Part shown: piece after piece, positions 35,945-47,431 of the stretch
Layout: every line of letters starts with the position of its first letter
Position numbering within the stretch: the first letter of the stretch is position 1
NCBI GenBank assembly: GCA_905178155.1
Contig: CAJINV010000016.1
Span: 620,001 to 684,000 of the forward strand
Direction of reading: 5' to 3'
DNA length: 64,000 nt
From: Amoebophrya sp. A120
Lineage: Eukaryota; Protista; Dinoflagellata
Notes under the pieces: generated by a model
What the model saw: only the letters and a program-made list of their open reading frames with translations
The model's database searches: none
What the model was told of the DNA's origin: nothing
Translations under genes and position numbers: made by a program

Positions 35945-38900
35945 ATGGTGCGTTATTTTCGTCGTTCACTCCTCGTCCTCGCAGTGTGCTATCCGACGTC
36001 CGTGGTTTCCGCTGCGAAAACAGCAGCAGACGAGGATGATTCGCCTTCTCCGGCACCGTCCGTCTATCCCAACCCAGACCCGCCGCTGTTCCTCAACTTC
36101 GACTGCTCCCGGCTCCGGAACGGCACGGCGACCAGCATGGAGGGCCTGGGGTCCCTCTTCCGGGAGGTCCGCGGTACCCGGGTGTTCGCGAATCTACTTG
36201 GGCTAGAACCGCTGGAAACCGTACCCGCGGCGGGCCACGGCGGGGACTGGGAAGCGAGCCGGGCCTACTTTGGGAGTCTGATCAAGAAAGAGAACAAGGA
36301 ACTGCTGAAAGACGCGCTGCGGAATTCGACTTCTCTCCACATCTACGACGATTTGCGCAGAATCTTCGCGCAGCTCCGAACCAGTGGGTATAAGGCGCAG
36401 AAAACGGTGGGGAAATTCACGATTTTCTCCAACGCAATCCGGCCGGACGAAGTAGAGCAACTGATTGAATGGCTCGGCGGCAGCACGTACGGACAAGCGC
36501 ACAACAAATTTCTGCCGCAGTGCTCGACGAAGGAACTACCCACAACGCCAAAGAAGAAAAAATCATCAGCTGATCATGCGAAAGCTCCAGAAACAAAGCA
36601 CCCGTCGGAACTGTGTCGTGAAAAGGTTCTCCGCGCGTCCCGCATGGAGCGGTTGCTTCCCCGGATCCAAGAACTCCGTATCAAATGTAAAAATGTCTGG
36701 GTCTGGAAACTTGTGATGCTGGGTGGCGCATCATGATGAGGCTCCAAATGCTGGCTCAGCATGACAAGTTTCTGAGCTCCTCGGTGTTGCCTATTCCGCA
36801 TGACAAACTGCGCTTCTGCATCACAGAAAAACGAAGCTCTTGGGAAACGTGCATGACAGATTTAACAGTCATGCCAGACAAGCATGACAAACATGAATTC
36901 TTCCCGACCCAGACATTTTTACATTTGATACTCCGCGAAGCGGCGCGAAAATCCGGCAACGTCGGCATTCTCAACCTCGTCAGCGACCGGTGCCCGGCGC
37001 TCATGTGGAACGGCGCGGCGCCGCCGGAAGTGGACGAAGAGTTGCGGGTAGCGGTGCACCGCGCGCGGAAGAAGGAGAAGAAAATCATCGAGGCAAAGTC
37101 TTCGATCAAACGGGGCAAACTCCGCTTCTCCATCGCGATTCACATCCGGATGGGCGATTTGCTGCAGAATGTGCTGTCCTGGACGGGGAAGAAACAACGC
37201 GAAGCGGTGACTGTGGTATGCAATTTGCAAGAGTATCGTGCTACGACGTAGGGATTGCATGACAATGAATTTTCTTTTCAGAATCCAGAATGGAATGAGT
37301 CGTGCGGAATCAGGACAGCGAAAGCACATCTGTCATGCGTGGCCGCAGTTCGTACGCCTAGTACGATGCTCTTTTGCACTGCATACGCAAGTACGGATAA
37401 CAAGAGTAAGCCACTGACCGTGACGACGGAGGACGTTTTCGAGACGCTGGAACGAAGCAAAATGATCTATCCACACCAAATTTATTTCTTCCGAACACAC
37501 AAATGCGGACCAAGCATGACAAAGGTTCATTCTCGATGCTATTCAGCATGACAAATGCTCGAGTTTGGGATAATCCTTTTTATGCATTGTTGCACGTGCT
37601 GTAAGTAGGAGGGAACAACAAGTTTGTATTGCATATCCTCGACGAGGACACCATGACTCGCATGAAGAAGACGCACTTCCTATCCTATTTAAAAACGTCC
37701 CCACCCCATAGTTGTAATGCAAATCTGCATGCTGAAAATGTTTCTCATGCGGAGCCCCATGATCTGGTAACCAAATGCGTGCGCGCGCGCGCGCAGAGCG
37801 CGCGCCGGCCCACGAAGCCGGCGCGCGCGCTCTGCGCGCCTGCGATATTGCTTTAGCAAACGCAGCGCGAAGGCAGTTGCCGTTACCATATAGGGCAACC
37901 GCCGGGAGGCGTGAAGGTCAGGGAAATGGCCAGAAATGAAGCGGGAGAAAGGAAAAAAAGCGGACCAGATGGGAAAATGGCCAGGAGGTCAAAAATGTCG
38001 CAATAACGGCAGAAACCAAGCGGGAGAAGGTGAAAAAAGAGCACTTTTGCGGTCTGGCCCACTTCGTATCTGAAAAAGAGACGGACTATTTTTTGCTCCG
38101 CCCGCTGGCCAGCTGCGTTGGAGAAGCAGGCCCGCGACCTGTTCGGAAGCCTTGGGTCGCTTCGTAACTGGAAAAAGTTGGAAAAAAATGGCAAAAAATT
38201 GCTTCATAACGTGGGTGGAAGCAATCGTCGGACTTTGTGCAAATCACCCGGGCCACTTGGAAAATGGGAAAAGATGAAAAATTGCGCAAAAGCGCAATCC
38301 CTTCGCAGGCTTCAAAACTGCCACCCAGGTGCGGGCGGCGAAAATGTCCAGGCCGCCCGGGCCACTTGGAAACCAGAAAAAGATGAAAAATTGCGCGAAA
38401 GCGCAATCCCTCCGCAGGCTTCAAAACTGCCAGTCAGCTGCGGTCGGTGAAAATGTCCAGGTCGCCCGGGCCACTTGAAAACCAGAAAAAGAAAAAAAAA
38501 TGCGCAAAAACGCAATCCCTCCGCAGGCTTCAAAACTGCGAGGCAGCTGCGGTCGGTGAAAATGTCCGGAGCCCTTCGGCCACATAGAAACTTGAAAAAA
38601 AAGGAAAAATTGGCAAAAGTTGAGAACCCCCGGCAGGCTTACAAACTGGCCACCAAGGGCGGTCCGGCGGGCGCGCGCTTGCGCCATACCATCGCGATTG
38701 GGGAAAAAAAAATGCATTAGAAGCGGGCGGAGGCATGTCCCAAAATCCACGCTTGCTCTGGGTTGTGGGCACCAATTCGGGACCTCCGCCGCGTCTGAAA
38801 TGCCCGACTTTGGTGGCCCAGCAGGGTCCGCGGGTTTGTGGTTTCGCACATACCTTCCTGGCCAGGGGGCCAGTTTGTCATGCAGGGGGCTAGAAAGGAT

Positions 38901-40643
38901 GCCCCGCTGCGAAATAGCAGACCGGATCTCGCCTGCAATGCTTATCGCAGGAGCCTGCGGGCCGCCGCGGGCTCCACCACTTCCCCGCGGCCCTTCTGGC
39001 CAGGGGGCCAGTTTCTCACGCAGGGGGCTTGGAGAAGAAGTAGTGGGACTGTAATCAAAAACAAATAGCGCCAAAGCGCGGCCCGCAGGGCCGCGTTTTC
39101 GCCGCGCGGCTGGTTAGGCTTTCGCGCTGGTTAGATTTTCGCGCACGCATTTGGTTACCAATATCGCCCTCCGGGCGCGACCTTCATTAGCATTTTCTAA
39201 TCGTGTTTTGCAATTTGTCATGCTCCAATCAGCATGGTATGCTAGATCTGTGATGCTGCTGAGCTAGCTCAAACAGCACTACACTACGAATGCAAATTTG
39301 TCATGTAAAACAGCCAAAACTTGTGGATTTGTCTAGCCGATTCCCCATCTTGACTATGGTGTGGGGACGTTTTTACTCAGGATACTTCCTCGACAAGTGT
39401 GCCATCCGGCACATCCTAGTCGCGTCGCACGGACGGGAAAGCGAGAAGTGCCAGAAGAAGGCGGCGGAGCGGCGGCACGCCCCGTTTCTCAAATACCCGG
39501 TCGCGTATTTTCAAAAAGTGTTGAAAAGTCTGTTCCAAGACGTCCCGGTGCTGTCGATTGGGCTGATGGAGAAGACCGTCGACATTCACATTTTCTCGGA
39601 CGCGCCCGAAGAGTGGTTCCAGTCGTTCAAAGCGGCGTACTATCAAATGCAAAAATGTCTGGGTCTGGAAGAATAACTTGTGATGCGCATTTCAGAACAT
39701 AGAAAAATCTCTAATGCATAGGCAGCAAAAATTGCCCACTTTCTGTCACCAAAGTGGGGGGCTTGTCATGCGGATTCGGCATTGCGGAAGCTTCTCGAAA
39801 CCTGTGATGGTAGAGCTTCCATGCCAGATCTTCTGCGTCATGCAAAAACAGCATGAGTCTTCCAGACCCAGACACTTTCACATTTGATACGTACGGCGCG
39901 GAGGTGGTTACTGTGCACGGGGACGGAGACGGGAAGTCGTTGTTGATCGGAGAGGAAGTAGCGGTTGACGGGGAAAATGAGGGTGATCAGGACGAGAGCA
40001 CGAAGATCCAAAAAACGAAAACTCTCCCGGCGGACTTGGACCATTTAATTTTTTCCGACATTCTGATTTACGGTGAGGGCAACCTCGGCCGGCTCGCCGC
40101 GTTTCTGAACCCGGACGGGATCAAGTTGCAGGCACCGTGCGGGCGGACCGGAAACGTGGAGGGGGATATGGTGGTGAACGTGCAAAAGAACGGGGAAATT
40201 CCCGAGGGGGAAAAAATCAACGACAAGTTCTCGGTCATGCTGAAGAACAAGATGGGCAGTAGCGGTGTCACGATGAATCAGCGAGGTAAGGTATCCTGTG
40301 CGAAAACGTCCCCACCCCATAGTTGTAATGCAAATCTGCATGCTCAAAATGTTTCTCATGCCGAGCCCCATCATGACATACATTTTCTAGTCGTGTTTCG
40401 AGATTTGTGATGCTCCAACTAGTATGCTATGCTAGATCTGTGATGCTTCTGAACTAGCTAGACAGGATTACCGTACGAGGCCAAACTTGTCATGCGCAAC
40501 ACCCAAAGCTTGTCGATTTGTCTAGCAGATTTCCCATCTTGACTAAGGGGTGGGGACGTTTTTGCTCAGGATATAAGGGACAGGTGCCCCGCCGGGGAAA
40601 GGAGACGATTATGCGCCCGGAGAAGATCAAAACGGAGTTGTGA
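35945..40643 (+). CDS. Fucosyltransferase-like (GT-B; GT11/GT23/POFUT-type) protein with signal peptide and C-terminal KTEL; 6 IR introns
   Basis: N-terminal hydrophobic MVRYFRRSLLVLAVCYPTSVVSA; motifs IAIHIRMGD, IHIFSDAPEEW, DLDHLIFSDILIYGEGNLGRLAAFL; spliced end ...EKIKTEL*. Confidence 0.7.
36679..36930. mobile_element. IR-intron family A
   Basis: DR ctccg/ctccg. Confidence 0.92.
37217..37385. mobile_element. IR-intron family C with decayed DR
   Basis: TAT...ATA; flanks tgtgg/cgcaa; element+5 nt removal keeps frame. Confidence 0.7.
37468..37635. mobile_element. Degenerate IR intron
   Basis: TAT...ATA; flanks tgatc/tcctc; frame restored. Confidence 0.65.
37681..39384. mobile_element. IR-intron family B expanded to 1.7 kb by a nested element
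   Basis: DR cttcc/cttcc; HF|LDKC in frame. Confidence 0.9.
37763..39182 (+). mobile_element. Nested non-autonomous element with 21-bp asymmetric TIR, 3' hairpin and internal 109-bp tandem repeats (Helentron/HINE-like)
   Basis: tggtaaccaaatgcgtgcgcg 37765-37785 / cgcgcacgcatttggttacca 39140-39160; hairpin cgccc-tcc-gggcg 39165-39177; repeat starts 38247, 38356, 38465. Confidence 0.7.
39641..39889. mobile_element. IR-intron family A
   Basis: DR cgtac/cgtac. Confidence 0.92.
40292..40573. mobile_element. IR-intron family B
   Basis: DR taagg/taagg (can also be read as GT...AG 40291-40577). Confidence 0.92.
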
Positions 40644-42110
40644 AGAGGGGAAAGAAGGAAGAAATAATGTTCATTTCGGAATTTCAGGCGAAGATAACGG
40701 CGCTCGGAAGTTTATCTGAGCTATCGCCATTATGGAAACTAGCAGAAACCGAGGTGCGCTGCGCTTGCACTTTCATACCAGGAAAAAAAGCGCAGGCGAA
40801 GTACAATTTTCAGAACTTTGTACATGATTTTGCAGGGGGGTAAAATTCCTAGAATGAATTCTGAGTTTCTACGAAAAGCGGAGCTTTGACAGCACAGCTG
40901 AAGCTTGACTGTACTATGGCTCCTCTCTCTGCTGTTGCTTCTTGACTGGAATTTGTATTAAGACAAAGCAATCGTCAGCTTCGTACTTCATTGTCGTCGT
41001 GTCGCCACACGAGAGCGAGTCTTCGGAGGGTGAGAGCGTCGTCTTGGTCTAGTCATTTTGATCTGCCACCGCGTGATATTTTGGTCGAATTGATTTGTGT
41101 AGCCAACGAGAGCTCGGAGGAAGGGATTGTTCGTTCATTTCGTTCAGGGACGGAAAGAATCAATATCCCCTCTACATGCTTTGAATTTTCAACTCGCTAC
41201 TTTGTCTTTGTCTGTCACGCTTCCTTTCATCACAGTTGCGGTTTCAAAATTTCAGATCGACAACAAGCTCGATCTTGCTAAATACAAAAATGAACCCGAT
41301 AAAATTCGAGAACTTCTGATAGTTTAATCAGAGATATCATCACCGCTCGCTCCTACCTCCGCGAGCAGCACCGACGAGACTTGAATACCAGTGCAGCACA
41401 AAAATTTTTGTACGCTGCTAAAGAGAACTCCAACCGGCTTCAGCGGTACCGGTGCTCCTTCTGTAGTAGCTCAACGGGCTTGAGCAGATTGTTACTACGC
41501 TGCGCGACTCATTTTCCAGCAGACCAGACGACAGGCGACAGTGTGTGTTGACGCGATTACGTTGAGGGCGGTATCTTGAAGCGATTACGTCCGCTATCCC
41601 CCTTCAAGTTCAACTACATCGTGCGACGGCCAACTGTTTCGGAACTACGCTAGCAGAAGGGAGGCACAGCCGCAGAAAATAGAACTTCGGCGGAAAGCAA
41701 AGCGTCGGTTTTCCTACAACTATCGAGAAGCTGTACTGCAGGCGGGACCCGGCTGCCGCTGTGTGTTGATCAAACACGACAAAAACTGTCCGTTCTTGTG
41801 GCAAGACCAAGAAGGACCTGCATTTCCTACTCGCAACCAGTGCACTTTCGGTGGATCATCATCCAGGTGTAAAGTTCTCGTGGTCTAACATCAAACTGTG
41901 ATCAATAACGAGCAGATGGAAGGAACAAGAACACGGGAAAATAAGCAACACCAACAACATCCGGATAGACGTAGAATCTTCTCGAGGTAAGAAGATAAAA
42001 ACTAGAAAAGATACAGGAGCAACCACTTCTCGACAACTGCGTGGAACAGAACAGAATCAAAAGCAGCTTTCATCTACTTCCACAACCAGCGCTACAAGCA
42101 CTGCCACAAG

Positions 42111-45100
42111 ATGCACAAGTACAAGCTGCTTTCGAAGAAGGGTGAGGGTACCTTTTCCGAGGTGCTGAAATCCCAGTCAATAAAAACCGGACGGTACGTA
42201 TCCTTAGTGAAAACGTCCTCACCCCAGAGTTGTCGTGCAAGTTTCGATGCCCACAACGTTTTTGTAGTGCGCAGCAACATGAGAGGTTTTTTCCCATGGT
42301 GTTTTGCAATTTGTCATGCTATTATCAGGATCAGGTAAGTAGTAGTTTTCTGATGCGGCTGCACCAGCTAAGCTGCACTGCACTACAGAGAGAAACTTCT
42401 CATGCGCGACTCCCAAAGCTTCTGGTTTTCTGTTGCACATTCCCCATCTTCACTACAGGGTGGGGACGTTTTTACTCAGGATAGTGCGTGGCCATAAAAT
42501 GCATGAAGAACCGGTTCGAGTCCATCGATCAGGTCAACAACCTGAGGGAAATCCAGGCGTTGAGGAGGTTACAGGGCCACGCAAATATTATCCACAGTGA
42601 AGATTTTTTTCCGTACACGAACTTCCTTGCACATGCGATGATGATGATGATGATGAAAAACAAAGCTGTGTTTGTTTACCAACCAGATTTGACATGATTG
42701 TACCGGTTGGCAAAAATTTGTGATGCATTTTGCAAGAGTGCGGCAAATTTCTACTGCATAAATATCATCACACTCCACGAAGTGCTGTATGACGAACCAA
42801 CGGGGCGACTAGCACTGGTCTTTGAGTTGATGGACATGAACCTCTACGAGCTGATCAGGGGGAGAAGGTAATTTGTGTTGCAAGAAATGCGACCTGTAAC
42901 CCGATTTGTCTTGCATTAATGGAGAACTACTGAAGATAAAACACTAACTTACTATCTATCAGGCACTACGTTCCGGAAGAGAAAGTGAGAACGTTCATGC
43001 GATCACTACTACGCGCTCTGGATCACATGCACCGAAACGGGATTTTCCATCGAGACGTGAAGCCAGAAAACTTGCTGCTGCAGGAAGACACCCTGAAATT
43101 AGCAGACTTAGGGAGTTGTCGAGGTGAAAAGTAGTTTTATTTTTTGCGATCATGATGTTCTTGCATAGGTGCAGAGCGCATGACAAAAATCCATAGAATT
43201 TGTCTTGCATTTATTGTACTATGATGCAAATATTATTTAACTCGCAGGTATATATTCCCGACCACCCTACACGGAATACATCAGTACAAGGTGGTATCGT
43301 GCACCCGAGTGTCTTATGCATTGCAAAAATGTCTGGGTCTGGAAGGATGCAACTTGTCATGCTAAGTCTGGATAGTACAAAAATTTGTGTTGCATGATTA
43401 CCAAAAGGTGTCCACGTTTGAACAAGATTAGCGGCAGTTTGTCATGCAGGACAGACATGATAGAGACTTCGCAGAACCTCTCATGCTAGGTGCTGCATTG
43501 CAGACCTCGGGGGGCATGAAAAACATGCATGGCAAGTTTGCATTCTTCCAGACCCAGACATTTTTACATTTGATATGTCTGCTTACAGACGGATTCTACT
43601 CCTACAAAATGGACCTCTTCGCGGCGGGGTGTGTGTGGTTCGAGGTATGATTTAAAGTACATTTTTCTTCGGTAAAAATATAATTTTTGTATACCGCAAC
43701 AAACATTTTGATCCGCTTGAAATGAAATTCCTTCTCGCAGCATGATGCACCAACATGAGATTTGTTTTCGGTTAAAAAGAAAAAACCTGCTCCCCCACAG
43801 GTTATGGCTCTGTTCCCGCTGTTCCCCGGGCAAAATGAGATGGATCAGCTGCAGAAAATACACGGCATTCTCGGCACGCCGAACGAGGAGGTGCTGCGAA
43901 AATTCAAGCTCAATTCCGATGTGGCCTTTCCGGAAAAGAAGGGCACGGGGATCGACCACTTGATACCCCACGCGAGTTTGGACGTGTTATCCGTGCTGAA
44001 AAAGTTACTGCGATACGACCCGGAGGAAAGAATAACAGCGAGGCACGGGTATAAGTATGGATGAATTTTGTCATGCAGAGCGTGCAGTAGAAAACTTCGT
44101 GGTGGACGGATTCAAACAGTATTCAAAATTTATCATGCGCAAAATCTGGGAATGATGGAATGCTTGTTTATGCACCGAATTAATATACCAACACACATGA
44201 TCACCCAGGTTGCTTTCCCCCTACTTCGAAGAGGTCCCAGAGCGCACGGTGCCACTGCACACGAACAGCATCGAGCAAGCACCGACGAGCACATTCTGTA
44301 TTCATAAACTCTTATTTGCTCTATGTATGTTGTATGCATCAGAAGTGATGTCTGTCATGCGGGAGCGACAGTCCTATACGACAATCCTATATTTGAAAAC
44401 AAACCATCAGATCGCACGGGCGGTAACCAGTCCACGGTGTCAGACAACCACGATACAGACCGACACCACGAAAGCACACACCATGCTATCACCGGGATAG
44501 TTTTTGAAAATTTGTAAATGCATAATCGGTTTTAATATTGCATGATGGCATTATTGTTAATTGAGGAAACCACAAGGACAACCAGGATAATTCCATGGAA
44601 AGTACTCATCATTTTATGCATTATGCATTACAGAAAAACTGTCCAAATTTTCATATCCACAAAGGACCAGGCGCAGGCGAAAACAAATCTCCCACCAATC
44701 CATGCCAAGAACTACGAAAGAGAAGAATCTGACACTCGGAGTCAATTGTAGGTACTAGGCCTCTCTGCCAAAAAGGTTTGTAGTCCTCTCCATTGATGCA
44801 CGAAAGGATGAAACACATCGCAAAAATTGACTCCAATCCGAGTTTCTGTTGCATACTTGCCAAACCAAGCACATGAAGCCGTTTAAGTTCAAACCGAAGA
44901 ACTTCGGGTTGCACAGTACCATGAGCGGGTTCGGGGGGAACTACGGGATATCCAGTGTAAAAGTATCGAAGTCGCTCGTACTACACTAGTTGCAATTTCA
45001 TTCGTGACAGAAGTGTGTTGCGGTTTCTGAATTATCCGCATGTCAATTTTCATTTTTCGTTTTGGAAAATGAATTTCTCCAATTCGTATGAATGCAATTG

Positions 45101-45223
45101 ATTGTACTGCAAGTGCGATACTTTTGCAATGCATACGGGAACACCGGTGGCAATGCGTACCTGTCCGGAATGAACGCAACGATGCACAAATCCAAGTTCT
45201 TCAAGAAGAGCAGCATGCGATAA
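42111..45223 (+). CDS. MOK: MOK/RAGE (LF4-like) CMGC Ser/Thr protein kinase; mixed GT-AG and IR introns
   Basis: [97 protein letters not shown]; GT-AG introns 42868-42962, 43124-43247, 43645-43800, 44049-44208; C-terminal exons less certain. Confidence 0.93.
42199..42483. mobile_element. IR-intron family B
   Basis: DR gtacg/gtgcg; GRY|VAIK. Confidence 0.92.
42589..42760. mobile_element. Degenerate IR intron
   Basis: DR aatat/aatat; HANI|ITLHEV. Confidence 0.85.
43315..43575. mobile_element. IR-intron family A
   Basis: DR tgtct/tgtct; splits APECL|LTDG. Confidence 0.95.
44949..45135. mobile_element. IR-intron family C
   Basis: DR cggga/cggga. Confidence 0.85.
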
Positions 45224-47431
45224 TTGTCCGGGGGCTTTTGCATCACAGATTTGGAGGACACTGTCTTGCTTGTTCGTCTAAAACGCTAGTCGTGTCACAG
45301 TACTACGTAATGTGATGAACAGAGTGATTTTATTCACGATTTTATCAAGCAAAAACCTGTACTTACGATGGAGAATAGTCAGTCTCGCACGACACTGCTC
45401 ATGACACGTGCTTTGGAAGCGTCGAACATCAATCGTCGAGACTCGAACTCCTCAATGCTATCTCAGAAACGCAAGAAAATTCCGTGTGAAAACCTATAAC
45501 ACCAATATAGTCTTCTGACAATCGTATTCGTCAATATTATGGAAAAATCAATCGAATTTGCAATGCCAAACTCAGAAACGCTTTTAATTAATCCACAAGA
45601 TGTTAACGCGACCTATACCTCTAGTACGGACATATCAAAACCTGAAACTTTATTCTGACACTTCACCAAGAGGAAACAAGTAATAGCCTAAAAGCTTAAA
45701 CTCTTATAGCTCACGCTTTGTAACCTATGATCTTCTTCGCCACGGCCGTGGGGTCTTAGCCGTAGCAAGATAAAAACCTATGCAATAAATCACGCTTGTT
45801 CTAAAGCCTGGCACGCTGTTGTAGTACTTGTACTTACTTCTACCCAAGAAGATATCTATACCACTCGAGTTCAGCATCAAAGTGCAAGTGGTAGGAAAGT
45901 TTTTGCTAGCAGCAACAGGAGTGTCGGAGTGCTTGCTTCTAGAACTTCGATCAAATAATGGACACTTGGATCATGAAAACGCAGAAACGTATACAACTCG
46001 CGACAGAGGAGAAGGCGTAAGATATGGCACTTCAACTCGAGGACATTAGGTGTGACGTCCGGTCGCTGAGCTGTCGGAAAAAAAGAACTTCTTCACGAAG
46101 ACTAATGATCCAAACACTTCTTCTAATGCGCGGCGATTTAATATCGAAAAGGAGGAAAGAAATAACGCGAGGTGACCACGAACTGCTTCTGCTGCTGTGA
46201 TGTAGTTGTTGTGTATACAAGAGTTTTGGAAAGTTAGAAATCTCAGGGCCTGGAGTTCTGTACAGATCTGCCTGCAACAACCCTGCGGCAGAAGTTGCAA
46301 GGCTTTCTGGATACAGGCGCGCAACTACCTGGTGAACACGATGCGAGTCAGCTGGTTGTTTCGTGCGGGTTTATCAAAAATCTTGTGTTCGTCTTCCCCG
46401 ATGTGTGGTCCTCACGTTGATGTCTAACTGGTTTTAATGTTCTCGTTGTTTGAAAAGGAATTGCTGTTCTTGATGCTGCTCGCAAAATATGATCCTAGCC
46501 GACCTGCGTTTCGTGCGGAAGGTAACATCAAGCTTGTTGAACTTTGAAATCGCTCGTCCTGGTCAACGAAACAAGAAGACGATCCCAAGGTGGTTGTAAA
46601 CGCTGGTTAAGAATTGCGCGGTTCTGTACGAACAATCAAAATTTCTACCATTGTAAAGAAGGCTACGGCGCAACAAGGCAAATGAGAATTGCACTGCTCT
46701 AGACTTTTGCGAGGAATGCAGTTCTTTCACTGCAAAAAAAATGACCACCTCGTCCAGAGAAGGGGAAAAGCAGATCCAGCCAGTTGGGGTGGGTCGCGTG
46801 GCCGTCCTCGGTTCTTGCGCGGCACGAACAAAAATGCGCTTCTCCCAAAAGAACCGCGGCCCAAGTATCCGGGGGAGGACCGGGGAAAGGCAGACGAAAC
46901 CGCTCAGAGCTAGATCAAGTGGTGACGTAATGTTCACTGCATTACGACGGTAAAAAGAGGAAAGCAGAGTTGTACAAAGACCACCGCCGGCGGAGCATAA
47001 TGATGAGCGGAAATAAGACCACCAGCACCGCCAAGGACCGTAGTCTGCTGTGGTCGCTCCGCGGTGCGGCGGTTATTTCTGCGTGTCACAAAAGGTGGAG
47101 AAGGAGATCATCATCGTGGGCACAAAAAAAGCGGCTCCTTTTGGGGCGGTGCGACAGGGAGGTATTCTTTCACGTTGGTGTCGAGACAACCGGGGATCCA
47201 GACAAAAAATATTCAGCGGCGCAAATAAGCCGCGATGCACCGGCGGAGCTTTCGCCGCAGTCACCAAGTGAGCCACGAATTATACGAAAGACAAGAAGAA
47301 GCAGAAGTCGCATCAGGGATAAACTGGTTCGTTTTCCTGGTTCTCTTCGATTATACACGCTTGTAGCTGCACCGGGCAGGAGGGTCAAAGAGCATCAAGG
47401 ACGACGAGAGCTACCACCCGCAGCGACCACC

